A stretch of DNA of 48,997 nt from Candidatus Nanopelagicales bacterium (GCA_036375875.1 DASVBK010000246.1:1-48997), one strand, 5' to 3'; positions 1 to 9,260 are shown, counted from the stretch's first letter. A program made the numbers and translations. Notes: generated from the letters alone by a model not told the origin.

Positions 1-69
1 CTGGCGGGTGGGCCGGCGCGGGCTGAGCACCGGGGGCGGCAGGGCGGGCAGTCCGAGGTTCACGGTCAT
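1..69 (-). CDS. ispG: 4-hydroxy-3-methylbut-2-enyl diphosphate synthase IspG/GcpE, first 23 codons only (gene continues off the left edge)
   Basis: The minus-strand ATG at 69-67 reads MTVNLGLPALPPPVLSPRRPTRQ. This resembles the actinobacterial IspG N-terminus (MT..LG.P...L.PRR.TRQ). Its position downstream of dxr-rseP fits the known dxr-rip1-gcpE synteny. Not in the ORF track because it is open-ended. Confidence 0.55.
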   Translation of the reverse strand, partial: MTVNLGLPALPPPVLSPRRPTRQ

Positions 70-283
70 GGGCACCAGTATCCCGCCTCGATCGGGCCCT
101 CGCCCGCACGAGCGGGAGCGATCGTCCGGTGCCCCGCGCACGGTCGGGACCGTCTCGGCCCCTGCGCTCAAGCACTGCAGGACCGCTCGGGCCGGCCTCG
201 CGGGCCCCTGCCCGGCCAGCTGGTCCGGCGCTCGCCGCTCCTGCCGGCCCGGGCCTCGCCCGCATGCAGGGACTGCCGCTGCC

Positions 284-1108
284 TCAGTCCGCGGCGGTGG
301 CGGCGCGTCGCCCGGCCAGGCCGCGGCGCAACATCCGCACGCCCGACCACGCCAGCAGCAGCGCGAACAGCCCGAGGGCGATCCGCTCAGGCAGCCACAG
401 GCCGAGCGCCGCCCCCGCGAAGCCGGCCGGCACGCCCGCTGCGCCCGCCACCGCGGCCGCGGGCACCGCGACCAGGCCGTTGCGCAGGTTGGTCACCGTC
501 GCGGTGAGCGCGGTGGCGATGATCACCAGCAGGCTCGTGCCCCGCGCCACGTCGGCATCATCACCGGCGAGCAGGACCAGCCCCGGCACCATGATGATGC
601 CGCCACCCACGCCCAGCAGCCCCGCCAGCATCCCGGCGAGCACGCCGACGCCCAGCAGCAGCACGACCTGCAGGGGGCCACCGACCCCCGCGCCGCCGCC
701 GGGGCTCTCCACCACGAGCCGCAGCGCCGTGGCCAGGCTCAGCACGCCGAACCACAGCTGCAGCGTGGGGATGGGGATCCGCGGCAGCAGCCGCGCCCCG
801 AGCTGCCCACCGAGGACGCCACCGACCAGCAGCAGCAGGCCGGCCGTGGGGTCGAGGCTCCCCGCGCTCGCGTATCCCGCCGCGGACGCCGTGGCGATGG
901 GCACGATGGCCAGCAGGCTCGTGGCCGACGCCCGCCGCTGGTCCAGGGCGAACCACGCGACGAGCAGCGGGACCATGACGATGCCCCCACCCACCCCGAA
1001 CAACCCGGCCAGCAGCCCGGCGACGATCCCCACGAGCCCTGCCCGCAGCCACCAGGGCGCCCCGCGGAGCACGCCGGCCCGGGGCACGTCCGGGAGGGCG
1101 GCGGTCAC
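284..1108 (-). CDS. TauE/SafE (DUF81) family anion-exporter-type membrane protein
   Basis: 274-aa ORF with a GTG start 7 nt after the rseP stop. Two internal repeats each carry a G-V-G-G-G-I-x-M-V-P motif (LFGVGGGIVMVPLL and LLGVGGGIIMVPGL). The protein is hydrophobic throughout. Confidence 0.8.
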   Translation of the reverse strand: MTAALPDVPRAGVLRGAPWWLRAGLVGIVAGLLAGLFGVGGGIVMVPLLVAWFALDQRRASATSLLAIVPIATASAAGYASAGSLDPTAGLLLLVGGVLGGQLGARLLPRIPIPTLQLWFGVLSLATALRLVVESPGGGAGVGGPLQVVLLLGVGVLAGMLAGLLGVGGGIIMVPGLVLLAGDDADVARGTSLLVIIATALTATVTNLRNGLVAVPAAAVAGAAGVPAGFAGAALGLWLPERIALGLFALLLAWSGVRMLRRGLAGRRAATAAD

Positions 1109-1114
1109 CGTGGC

Positions 1115-2473
1115 TCAGCCGTAGATCGAGACCGGGTTGATCACGTCGGCGAGGATCACGACGCTGGACAGCGCGATGAGCGAGATGCCCACGGCGTAGG
1201 CCAGCGGCAGGGCCTTCGAGACATCCACCGGGCCGGGATCGGGGCGTCCGCGCAGCCGTGCGAGCTGACGGCGCGCGCCCTCCCACAGGGCGCCGGCCAC
1301 ATGTCCGCCGTCCAATGGCAGCAACGGGATGAGGTTGAACAGGAACAGGAACAGGTTGAGCCCCGCCATGAGGCTCAGCAGCGTCGCCACCTTGGACTTG
1401 ATGGGCTCCTCGGCCGCCGCGACCTCCCCCGAGATGCGCCCCACGCCGACCACGCTCACCGGGCTCCGCGGGTCGCGCTCGGCGCCAGTGAACAGGTCGC
1501 GCCCGAGCTCCGCCACCCGGACCGGCAGCGTGAGCAGGGCCTCGGCACTGCGCACGGACATGGTCCACATGGTCTCGGGCACGGAGCTCCACGGCTGCGC
1601 GACGTACTGCGCCAGCGGCGCCACGCCGAGGTACCCGGTCTCCTGGATCTCGTCGGTGGGCAGGCCGTCCGCGTCGAGCACCGGCCGGTAGGCGGGGGCC
1701 AGGGTGACTGCCACGTCGCGCGTGCCGCTGTCGGACTGCACCCCCAGCGTCACCGTGGCGCCGGGCTCGGACCGCGTGACCGAGGTCAGCTGCGACCAGA
1801 CGGCCACGGGCTGGCCGTCGATCGCGACGATCCGCTCCCCTGCCACGAGCCCCGCGACCGAGGCCGGCGAGGGCGTGTCCGCGGCGCCGCACGCGTCGTC
1901 GTCGGCGGTCCGGGGCCCCTCGAGGGCGGCCAGCGCGGCCTCGGGCGATGCCATCGAGGCGGGCACGCACGGGAACACCTGGGCGATGCTCGTGGTGGGG
2001 GTCGGCACGCCGATGCCCACGAGCAGCAGGGTGAACAGGCCCACCGCGATGAGCAGGTTCATCGTCGGGCCGCCCAGCATGATGGTGACCTTCTGCCGCA
2101 CCGGCTTTCGGTAGAACAGCCGATCCTCGTCGCCGGGCTGGACCTCCTCCCAGGCGGCGCTGCGCGCCTCCTCGGCGAGCAGCTGGAAGCGGCCGGTCGT
2201 GCCGCGGCCCGCTGTGCCGGGCGGAGCTCCCTGCGGTGGTGGGTACATGCCGATCATCCGGATGTAGCCCCCCAGCGGGATGGCCTTGACGCCGTACTCC
2301 GTCTCGCCCCGGCGCCGCGACCACAGCGTGGGGCCGAAGCCGATCATGTACTGCGTCACCCGCACCCCGAAGCGCTTGGCGGGCACGAGGTGTCCGACCT
2401 CGTGCAGGCCGATCGACAGGGCGACGCCGAGGACGGCGGCGAGCACCCCGAGCAGGTACAGCGTCGGTCCCAT
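1115..2473 (-). CDS. rseP: Site-2 zinc metalloprotease, M50 family (RseP/Rip1)
   Basis: Internal ATG of the 910-aa track ORF (MGPTLYLLG...). Carries the HExxH motif HEVGHLVPAKRFG, a central PDZ-like region and the C-terminal NLIPLLPLDGGH motif. The start overlaps the dxr stop (ATGA at 2471-2475). The upstream part of the track ORF is Arg/Pro/Gly junk in a frame overlapping dxr. Confidence 0.9.
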   Translation of the reverse strand: MGPTLYLLGVLAAVLGVALSIGLHEVGHLVPAKRFGVRVTQYMIGFGPTLWSRRRGETEYGVKAIPLGGYIRMIGMYPPPQGAPPGTAGRGTTGRFQLLAEEARSAAWEEVQPGDEDRLFYRKPVRQKVTIMLGGPTMNLLIAVGLFTLLLVGIGVPTPTTSIAQVFPCVPASMASPEAALAALEGPRTADDDACGAADTPSPASVAGLVAGERIVAIDGQPVAVWSQLTSVTRSEPGATVTLGVQSDSGTRDVAVTLAPAYRPVLDADGLPTDEIQETGYLGVAPLAQYVAQPWSSVPETMWTMSVRSAEALLTLPVRVAELGRDLFTGAERDPRSPVSVVGVGRISGEVAAAEEPIKSKVATLLSLMAGLNLFLFLFNLIPLLPLDGGHVAGALWEGARRQLARLRGRPDPGPVDVSKALPLAYAVGISLIALSSVVILADVINPVSIYG

Positions 2474-3720
2474 CAGGCCCCCGTGGTCTCGTGCATGGCG
2501 GTGCTCCCCATGATCACACGCCCGGCTGACATCCGCGCCCAACTGTCGGCGGCGAGCACCGCGGCGAGCGTCAGCTCCTCCCCCGCGACCGGCTCGTGCT
2601 CGGCCAGCACGGCCGCGATGGTGTCGACGATGCCCAGGAACGACAGCTCGCCGGCGCGGAACGCCTCGACCGAGACCTCGTTGGCGGCGTTGAACACCGC
2701 TGGGGCGGTGCCGCCGGCCGCACCGGCGCCACGGGCCAGGCGCACGGCCGGGAACGCCTCGTCGTCCAGCGGCTCGAACGTCCACGAGTGCGCGCTCGTC
2801 CAGTCGCAGGCTGGCGCCGCAGCGGGCAGGCGCTCCGGCCACGTGAGGCCCAGCGCGATGGGCAGCCGCATGTCCGGCGGACTCGCCTGGGCGAGTGTCG
2901 ACCCGTCCACGAACTCGACCATCGAGTGGATGACCGACTGCGGGTGCACCATCACGGCGATCCGCTCCATCGGCACGTCGAAGAGCAGGTGCGCCTCGAT
3001 GACCTCCAGCCCCTTGTTCACCAGCGTCGCGGAGTTGATCGTGATGACCGGGCCCATGTCCCAGGTGGGGTGGGCCATGGCCTGGGCGGGGGTGACCTCG
3101 GTCAGCTCCGAGCGGCGGCGGCCGCGGAACGGCCCACCGCTCGCGGTGAGCACGAGCCGGCTGACCTCCTCGCGGCGCCCCCCCAGCAGGCACTGCGCCA
3201 GGGCGGAGTGCTCGGAGTCGACCGGGACGATCTGCCCGGGGGCCGCCGCCCGCTGCACCAGCGGCCCGCCGATGATGAGCGACTCCTTGTTGGCCAGCGC
3301 GAGCCGGTGCCCGGCGTGCAGCGCGGCGAGCGTGGGCGCCAGGCCGACGGCCCCAGTCATGGCGTTGAGCACCACGTCGCAGGGCCGCCCTGCGAGCTCG
3401 GCCGCGGCCCCAGGGCCGGTGAGCACCTCGGGCCGACCACCGGGCGGCATGCGCTGGGCCAGGGCGCGCTCCAGCGCCTCGGACCGCGCGTCGTCGGCGA
3501 TGGCCACGACCGGCACCTGGAACGTGGCCGCCTGCTCGGCCAGCAGGTCCACCTGCTGCCCGCCGGCTGCCAGGCCCACCACCCGGAACCGGTCCAGGTT
3601 GCGCGCGATCACGTCCAGGGCCTGCGTGCCGATCGAACCCGTGCTGCCCAGCAGGACGACATCCCGGCGCGAGGTCACCGAGCCATTGTGGCCGATCATC
3701 ATCGCTGCCCGGTCGCTCAC
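2473..3720 (-). CDS. dxr: 1-deoxy-D-xylulose 5-phosphate reductoisomerase
   Basis: Motifs [15 protein letters not shown] (NADPH binding), [16 protein letters not shown] and [10 protein letters not shown]. 415 aa. The exact start codon is uncertain. Confidence 0.93.
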   Translation of the reverse strand: MSDRAAMMIGHNGSVTSRRDVVLLGSTGSIGTQALDVIARNLDRFRVVGLAAGGQQVDLLAEQAATFQVPVVAIADDARSEALERALAQRMPPGGRPEVLTGPGAAAELAGRPCDVVLNAMTGAVGLAPTLAALHAGHRLALANKESLIIGGPLVQRAAAPGQIVPVDSEHSALAQCLLGGRREEVSRLVLTASGGPFRGRRRSELTEVTPAQAMAHPTWDMGPVITINSATLVNKGLEVIEAHLLFDVPMERIAVMVHPQSVIHSMVEFVDGSTLAQASPPDMRLPIALGLTWPERLPAAAPACDWTSAHSWTFEPLDDEAFPAVRLARGAGAAGGTAPAVFNAANEVSVEAFRAGELSFLGIVDTIAAVLAEHEPVAGEELTLAAVLAADSWARMSAGRVIMGSTAMHETTGA

Positions 3721-3776
3721 GCCGGTACCGGAGCTGCCGGGGTCGTCGAGGACATGCCCGGCGGGAGCCCCCGGAC

Positions 3777-4202
3777 CTACTCGGCCGGCGACGGCTGTGG
3801 GGACTCCAGGTCCCGGATGCGGGCGATGAGCACGGGGAGCAGCGCACGCGGCACGTCGGGGTGCGCGTCCATCAACGTCGCGAAGTTCAGGGAGGACAGC
3901 GCGAACGTGTCCACCCCCTCCGGGCCGGCGATGATGGTCGCCGATCGCGGACCCGCTCCCATCAGCGACATCTCGCCGAAGTAGTCCCCGGGGCCGAGCT
4001 CACGTCGCGGCACCCCATGCACCAGCACCTGCGCGGTGCCGCGCCGGATGAGCTGGAAGCCCGCGTCAGTCGCGCCCTCCTGGACCACGGTGTTGCCGGG
4101 ACGCAGCTTCAGCGTGACCCCGCGTTGCATGAGCTCATCGAAGGCGGCTGGGGGCAGCGCCCGGAACAGGTCCACGCGCGCCAGGTCCTCACGCAGTGCC
4201 AT
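3777..4202 (-). CDS. Stand-alone cyclic-nucleotide-binding domain protein
   Basis: From the internal ATG ([17 protein letters not shown]...) it has the cNMP-binding beta-barrel signature, including [10 protein letters not shown]....RSATI. The N-terminal 50 codons of the track ORF are Arg-rich and unlikely to be coding. Confidence 0.75.
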   Translation of the reverse strand: MALREDLARVDLFRALPPAAFDELMQRGVTLKLRPGNTVVQEGATDAGFQLIRRGTAQVLVHGVPRRELGPGDYFGEMSLMGAGPRSATIIAGPEGVDTFALSSLNFATLMDAHPDVPRALLPVLIARIRDLESPQPSPAE

Positions 4203-4542
4203 CGGGGCCTCCTGGTCCCCGCGACGGCTCGCCCGCTGCGGGGACTCGGAGGCTAGCAGCCGCAGGGCCCGGGTCGCGCCCGGCGCAGCCGGGGTGCCGG
4301 CCCGCGCGCTCCGCTGTCGCTGGATGGGCCGCCGAGCACTCCGCCCGCCCACCTGGGCGCCGAACGATGCAACGCGAGGACCCCAGAGGACCCACGGATA
4401 CCTCCGTCAGTCCAGGGGTTCGGTGCCGATCCCGCACCCGAGGGGCACCCAGGCCACTCGATCGCGCAGGTGGTGCAACTGGCCCCTGGCAGGCGCCACG
4501 GCGTACCCTGCTCGCGCCGCCGCACCCGAACCAGGAGCCTCG

Positions 4543-5892
4543 ATGAGCCTCGATGTCGCCGTCACCACCGGGGGACCCACCCTGCCGCAGGAGCGGCGCC
4601 TGGTCACCGCGATCCCCGGCCCCCGCAGCGTCGAGCTGCAGGGCAGGCGCACGGCGGCGGTGTCGGCCGGTGTCGGTGGCACGCTGCCGGTGTTCATCAC
4701 CGCGGCCGGCGGGGGCGTGCTCGTTGACGTCGACGGCAACTCGTTGATCGACATGGGCTCCGGCATCGCCGTGACCTCCGTCGGCAACAGCGCACCCGAG
4801 GTGGTCGCCCGCGTCCAGCGGCAGGTCGCCGAGTTCACGCACACCTGCTTCATGGTCACGCCCTATGAGTCCTACGTAGCGGTCTGCGAGGCGCTCAACG
4901 CGCTGACCCCAGGCGACCACGTCAAGCGCTCGGCGTTGTTCAACTCAGGTGCCGAGGCCGTGGAGAACGCGGTGAAGATCGCCCGGGCCCACACCCACCG
5001 CCAGGCGGTCGTGGCCTTCGAGCACGGATACCACGGCCGCACCAACCTGACCATGGCCCTGACGGCCAAGAACATGCCCTACAAGCACTCCTTCGGGCCG
5101 TTCGCCCCCGAGGTCTACCGGGTGCCGCTGAGCTACCCGTTCCGCGACGGCCTCAGCGGGCCGCAGGCGGCGCGCCGCGCCATCACCCGGATCGACAAGG
5201 AGGTCGGCTCGGACAACGTCGCAGCGATCATCATCGAGCCGATCGCCGGCGAGGGTGGCTTCGTGGTGCCCGCGGAGGGCTTCCTCCCTGAGCTGGTCGA
5301 GTACGCCCGCGCCAACGGCATCGTGTTCATCGCCGACGAGATCCAGACCGGCTTCTGCCGCACCGGTGACTGGTTCGCCTGCGACCACGAGGGCGTCGTC
5401 CCCGACCTCATCACCACCGCCAAGGGCATCGCGGGCGGGCTGCCGCTGGCCGCCGTGACCGGGCGTGCCGAGATCATGGACTCGGTGCACGTGGGCGGGC
5501 TGGGCGGCACCTACGGCGGCAACCCCGTGGCGTGCGAGGCGGCCCTTGGGGCCCTCGCGGAGATGCGCGAGCACGACCTTGCCGCCGCCGCGCGCCGGAT
5601 CGGCGACGTGATGCTCCCGAGGCTTCGTGCCCTGGCTGAGCGGACGGGTCGTCTCGGTGACGTGCGGGGCCGCGGCGCGATGGTGGCCGTCGAGCTCGTG
5701 ACCCCCGGCACGGACGAGCCGGATGCGACCAGCACGGCCGCCGTCGCCAGGGCCTGCCACGCCGAGGGCGTGGTCGTGCTCACTGCCGGTACCTACGGCA
5801 ACGTGCTGCGCTTCCTGCCGCCGCTGGCCATGCCCGAGCACCTGCTGGTCGAGGCCCTCGACGTCATCGAGGCGGCGTTCCTGGCCCTGTAG
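4543..5892 (+). CDS. gabT: Class-III PLP aminotransferase, 4-aminobutyrate (or 5-aminovalerate) aminotransferase type
   Basis: Begins at the internal ATG (MSLDVAVTTGG...). Motifs FNSGAEAVENAVKIAR, IADEIQTGFCRTG and TTAKGIAGGLPL (PLP lysine). About 449 aa. Confidence 0.85.
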   Translation: MSLDVAVTTGGPTLPQERRLVTAIPGPRSVELQGRRTAAVSAGVGGTLPVFITAAGGGVLVDVDGNSLIDMGSGIAVTSVGNSAPEVVARVQRQVAEFTHTCFMVTPYESYVAVCEALNALTPGDHVKRSALFNSGAEAVENAVKIARAHTHRQAVVAFEHGYHGRTNLTMALTAKNMPYKHSFGPFAPEVYRVPLSYPFRDGLSGPQAARRAITRIDKEVGSDNVAAIIIEPIAGEGGFVVPAEGFLPELVEYARANGIVFIADEIQTGFCRTGDWFACDHEGVVPDLITTAKGIAGGLPLAAVTGRAEIMDSVHVGGLGGTYGGNPVACEAALGALAEMREHDLAAAARRIGDVMLPRLRALAERTGRLGDVRGRGAMVAVELVTPGTDEPDATSTAAVARACHAEGVVVLTAGTYGNVLRFLPPLAMPEHLLVEALDVIEAAFLAL

Positions 5893-5922
5893 GCCCGCCG
5901 TCGTCACCCGAGCGCGACCGCC

Positions 5923-7152
5923 TCATGCCGGGCTCTGGCGCGGCTCGCGCTCCTGCACCACCCACTGCTGGCCGTAGCCGTCCCGCAGCAGCTCGAGGAA
6001 CGGCAACGGCGGGAACGACTCCGGGCCGAGCACGCCCGAGCCCGACCAGGCCCCCGTCGCCAGCAGCTCGAGGGCCACCACCGGGTTCATCGCCGTCTGC
6101 CAGACGACCGCCTGGGCGCCATACTCACGCATCGTCCAGTCGTTGTCGGCGACGTGGTAGAGGTAGACCTCGCGAGGCTGGCCGTCCCTGCCGGTGCCCG
6201 TCACCCACACCCCTGCGCACGTCTTGCCGGTCATCCGGTCGCCCAGGGTCAGCGGGTCGGGCAGGCAGGCCGCCACGACATCGCGCGGCGCGACCCGGTG
6301 CCCGCGCACCGTCACGGGCTCCGTGCGGTCCAGCCCCAGCTTGCGCAGCGTCTTGAGCACCTCGATGAACTCGTCGCCCAGGCCGAACTTGAACGTCACC
6401 CGCCTGGCGTCGATCACGCGGGGCATGAGCACGACCTCCTCGTGCTCGACGTTCACGCACTCGACGGGCCCGATCCCCTCGGGGAACTCGAAGACCTCGG
6501 GCTCGCTGAACGGCTCCGTGGTGTGGAAGCCCCGATCGCGCTCCCAGATCAGCGGTGGGTTCAGGCACTCCTCGATGACGGTCCAGATCGAGAACGAGGG
6601 GGCGAAGTCGTACCCGGAGACCACGAGGTTCGAGGCATCGCGCACGCCGAGCTCGTCGATCTCGCTGAACAGCTCGTCGGCCGCGTAGCGGGCGAACACG
6701 TCGGCCAGCCCCGGCTCGACGCCCATCCCCACGAGCGCCAGCTGGCCCGTCTCCTCCCACATGGTGTGCTGCGCGAACTGCTCCTCGCCCAGCAGCACGC
6801 CGGGCAGCTCGTAGGGGCGCTCGGGGTGCTTCGAGGACAGGCTCATCGCGGTGTCGAGGTAGTGCGCGCCCGACAGGAACGCACCCGAGAAGATGCTCAG
6901 CACGTAGCGCGGGTCCACCGCGTTGAGCACGTGGGTGACGCGATGCTCCCGGCACAGGGCCGCGATGGCGTGGGCGTCCCCGGCGTCGAGCTGGGCGGCG
7001 GCGAAGCGGGCATCGGCGAGGCGCTCCACCAGGCCCTGCGCCCGGCGCTGGTCGTAGTCGGCGATGACGATCGACTCGAAGAAGTCCCGGCGGGCGGCGA
7101 TGAGTGCGGCTGAGGAGCCGACGCCGCCGGCGCCGACGATGAGGATGCGCAT
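5923..7152 (-). CDS. Saccharopine dehydrogenase family NAD(P)-binding oxidoreductase
   Basis: N-terminal Rossmann motif MRILIVGAGGVGS. Length (409 aa) and overall architecture fit Sacchrp_dh N- and C-domain proteins. GGAGG lies 5 nt upstream of the ATG. The substrate cannot be inferred. Confidence 0.75.
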   Translation of the reverse strand: MRILIVGAGGVGSSAALIAARRDFFESIVIADYDQRRAQGLVERLADARFAAAQLDAGDAHAIAALCREHRVTHVLNAVDPRYVLSIFSGAFLSGAHYLDTAMSLSSKHPERPYELPGVLLGEEQFAQHTMWEETGQLALVGMGVEPGLADVFARYAADELFSEIDELGVRDASNLVVSGYDFAPSFSIWTVIEECLNPPLIWERDRGFHTTEPFSEPEVFEFPEGIGPVECVNVEHEEVVLMPRVIDARRVTFKFGLGDEFIEVLKTLRKLGLDRTEPVTVRGHRVAPRDVVAACLPDPLTLGDRMTGKTCAGVWVTGTGRDGQPREVYLYHVADNDWTMREYGAQAVVWQTAMNPVVALELLATGAWSGSGVLGPESFPPLPFLELLRDGYGQQWVVQEREPRQSPA

Positions 7153-7193
7153 ACGTGCCTCCGGGTGTCTGGACGGATGGGCGGACGCTAGCG

Positions 7194-7227
7194 CGTAAGC
7201 TGCTTACGTATGAGGTAAGCGGCTTAT
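7194..7227. promoter_or_regulatory. Two copies of a 13-bp palindromic operator, GTAAGC-N-GCTTA(C/T), in the divergent SDH/MarR promoter region
   Basis: CGTAAGCtGCTTACG at 7194-7208 is a perfect 7+1+7 inverted repeat. GTAAGCgGCTTAT at 7215-7227 has one mismatch. The centres are 20 bp apart. This is the most AT-rich patch in the neighbourhood. Candidate TANNNT -10 boxes flank it: TAGCGT on the minus strand at 7185-7190, and TAGCCT on the plus strand at 7234-7239, which lies 7 nt before the marR ATG and suggests a possibly leaderless transcript. Confidence 0.6.
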
Positions 7228-7245
7228 AGAGCGTAGCCTCGGGGC

Positions 7246-7812
7246 ATGCCCGCCGCTGCTGACCGCCGCTACACCGCCAACCTGCTCGGGACGCTCGCCC
7301 AGACCATCGTCGATCGGCAGTCGATCGGGATGGATGCCGTCGCCGGCCACGGCGGCACCGCGCCCGCTGCCCTCATCACGGTGCGCTTCTACCCGGGCCG
7401 GTCGATCGGGTTCCTCGCGCACCGGCTGCGGATCAGCCACCCAGGCGCGGTGCAGCTGGTGGACCGACTCGCCGGCTCCGATCTCGTGCAGCGGGTGCCC
7501 GCCCCGGACGGGCGCAGCCGCAACCTCGAGCTGACCGAGCAGGGCGAGCGCATCGCCGAGGCGGTGCTGCGCCAGCGGATGCTCGTGCTGGAGACAGCGA
7601 CGGCCGCCCTGGACGACCGCGCCTGTCGGCGGCTGGCCGAGGTCATGGAGCAGATGCTCGAGGCACTCACCGACGACCTGCTCACCAGTGAGTTCATGTG
7701 CCGGATGTGCGACGAGCTGGCCTGCCCCGACGACCGGTGCCCCGTGGAGCGGGCCGAGCCGACCCCACCCGCGCGCCGGGGCCTGGGGTTCGGCGTGCGG
7801 TGGCCGAGCTGA
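7246..7812 (+). CDS. MarR family transcriptional regulator with a Cys-rich C-terminal tail
   Basis: Winged-helix core (LAHRLRISHPGAVQLVDRLAGSDLVQRVPAPDGRSRNLELTEQG). The C-terminus carries C-x2-C-x5-C-x4-C (FMCRMCDELACPDDRCPV). Confidence 0.8.
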   Translation: MPAAADRRYTANLLGTLAQTIVDRQSIGMDAVAGHGGTAPAALITVRFYPGRSIGFLAHRLRISHPGAVQLVDRLAGSDLVQRVPAPDGRSRNLELTEQGERIAEAVLRQRMLVLETATAALDDRACRRLAEVMEQMLEALTDDLLTSEFMCRMCDELACPDDRCPVERAEPTPPARRGLGFGVRWPS

Positions 7813-7899
7813 TCGACCGAGCACCAGCCGCGCTCTGGCCCCCGGCGGGTCCGCCGCGGACCCCCAGCTCGGGCGAGCTGGCCCACCGTCGGCTCCGCC

Positions 7900-7950
7900 G
7901 CCGCCGCGACTCCCCCGCCGCCGCGACTCCCCCGCCGCCGCGACTCCCAC
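7900..7950. repeat. Three tandem copies of a 17-bp unit, GCCGCCGCGACTCCCCC
   Basis: Units lie at 7900-7916, 7917-7933 and 7934-7950; the third ends CCCAC. The period is not a multiple of 3, and the repeat lies in the marR-yhhN intergenic region. Confidence 0.9.
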
Positions 7951-8007
7951 GCCACGGGCGGCAAGGCTTGGTCGCGCCCCGCACGCCCCGAGGCAGGGAG
8001 GAGTCCG

Positions 8008-8730
8008 ATGCCTGGCCAGGCCTCGTCGTCGCCCGTCGCAGCTGTCGCCCCAGGCCCGCGACGTGCTGCCGCAGGCTGGGCAACCGCGGTGCTCGTGCTC
8101 ACGTGGGGCACGTACCTGGCGGTGCGCCTGCTGCAGCCCGGGGTGCCGCTCGAGCGGGTGCTCAAGGGGCTGCTCATGCCCGCGCTGCTGGTCTGGGTGC
8201 TCGCCCGCGTCAGCGGCCCAGCCCCGAAGGGGCTCGTCCTGGGCCTCGTGCTGGCCACGGTCGGCGACATCGCCATCGACGTCAACTTCATCGCCGGCAT
8301 GCTCGGGTTCCTCGGGATGCAGCTGTGCTATATCGCGGGATTCGTGGGACTCGGCGCTGCTGGCGCGCTGCGCCGGCGGTGGCCGATCGCGTTGGCCTAC
8401 GCCGGGATCTGGGCGGGGGCCAACCTCGTGCTGGGGCCGGCGCTCGGAGACCTGAGACTGCCAGTGCTGGTCTACAGCCTCGCGATCTGCGTCATGGCCG
8501 CGCTGGGGTGCGGGGTGAACGCCACGGTGGGTCTCGGCGCCGCCCTGTTCCTGATCTCGGACGCGCTCATCGCGGTCGACCGGGCGGGCCTCGACCTGCC
8601 CCTCGGGTCGGCCCTGGTGATGCCGACGTACCTCGCGGGCCAGTACTGGATCGCCTCGGGCTGGGTACGCGCGCTTGCCACCGGGGGCCTCGGCGGGCGG
8701 GCCCGGGCCTCGGCACTTCCAGCAGCGTGA
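8008..8730 (+). CDS. YhhN family (lysoplasmalogenase-like) membrane protein
   Basis: 240-aa polytopic membrane ORF with YhhN-like segments (LKGLLMPALL, ATVGDIAID, FLISDALIA). GGGAGGAG lies 5 nt upstream of the ATG. Confidence 0.7.
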   Translation: MPGQASSSPVAAVAPGPRRAAAGWATAVLVLTWGTYLAVRLLQPGVPLERVLKGLLMPALLVWVLARVSGPAPKGLVLGLVLATVGDIAIDVNFIAGMLGFLGMQLCYIAGFVGLGAAGALRRRWPIALAYAGIWAGANLVLGPALGDLRLPVLVYSLAICVMAALGCGVNATVGLGAALFLISDALIAVDRAGLDLPLGSALVMPTYLAGQYWIASGWVRALATGGLGGRARASALPAA

Positions 8731-8901
8731 GGAACTTCACAGCGGGCCCGGGTTCGGCCGTGGCCTGCGCTGGGCATCACTGGGTCACGGGCCGCTGGCC
8801 CCGGATGTACGAGGGGTGATCCGGGTCGAGCGGCCCGTCGCCGTCCCCGGGTACCGCCTCACCGACGCCGGGGCCTCACCGCCCGCCCCGACCGTGCCCC
8901 G

Positions 8902-9084
8902 TCAGGGCTTGGTCGCGATGCGCGACTCCCACCACGAGCGCTCCTCGAGGTGCAGGTCGTCACCGTCGAACTCCATGCAGCAGGAGCCGACGATGCCGTG
9001 GCACTCCTCGCACAGCCACGTCGTCCCGAAGCCGTAGCGCGCGTCGTCGGCATGGCAGCGCGCGCACCGATGGGCCATGTGCAT
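8902..9084 (-). CDS. Small (60 aa) cysteine-rich zinc-ribbon-like protein, unknown function
   Basis: MHMAHRCARCHADDARYGFGTTWLCEECHG... has two CxxC knuckles plus a CC pair. AGGAGG lies 8 nt upstream of the ATG at 9084. The track start at 9105 is a TTG upstream of that RBS. Third-codon positions are almost all G/C. Confidence 0.5.
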   Translation of the reverse strand: MHMAHRCARCHADDARYGFGTTWLCEECHGIVGSCCMEFDGDDLHLEERSWWESRIATKP

Positions 9085-9260
9085 GCCAACCACCTCCTGA
9101 TCCAACGCCCAGCCCGATGGTGGCAGCCGGCGTGGGCACCGGCAAGGCCATGGCGGCCATCGCGCCCTGCGCGTGCACGAGACCGTCGGGCGCGTGGCAA
9201 CGCCGTCCCAGGTGGACCCGGGCTACCCTGCCGCCTGAGCAGCCGGCCCGGGGAGGGACG

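Noticed and set aside
8-3829. 1273-aa plus-strand ORF spanning the whole left end
   Set aside because: It is antisense to tauE, rseP and dxr. The translation is Arg/Gly/Pro/Ala/His junk with no motifs. Stop-free antisense frames are expected at this GC content.
1115-3847. 910-aa track ORF suggesting a giant RseP fusion. Similar over-extended ORFs lie at 11956-14856, 15727-17289, 18894-21341, 21828-23525 and 25819-27996.
   Set aside because: The N-terminal portions overlap the upstream genes out of frame and are compositional junk. In each case an internal start gives a normal-length protein, supported by an RBS or by stop/start overlap.
6942-6950. An extra copy of GATGCTCCC inside the saccharopine-dehydrogenase-family gene
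   Set aside because: It is an isolated occurrence within coding sequence. It shows the 9-mer alone is not diagnostic. Only the clustered, inverted copies at 15510-15629 are noteworthy.
7847-7863. GGGTCCGCcGCGGACCC palindrome after the marR stop
   Set aside because: It gives only a 6-bp effective stem with a tiny loop and no U-tract. Such GC palindromes are frequent in this genome, so it is not reported as a terminator.
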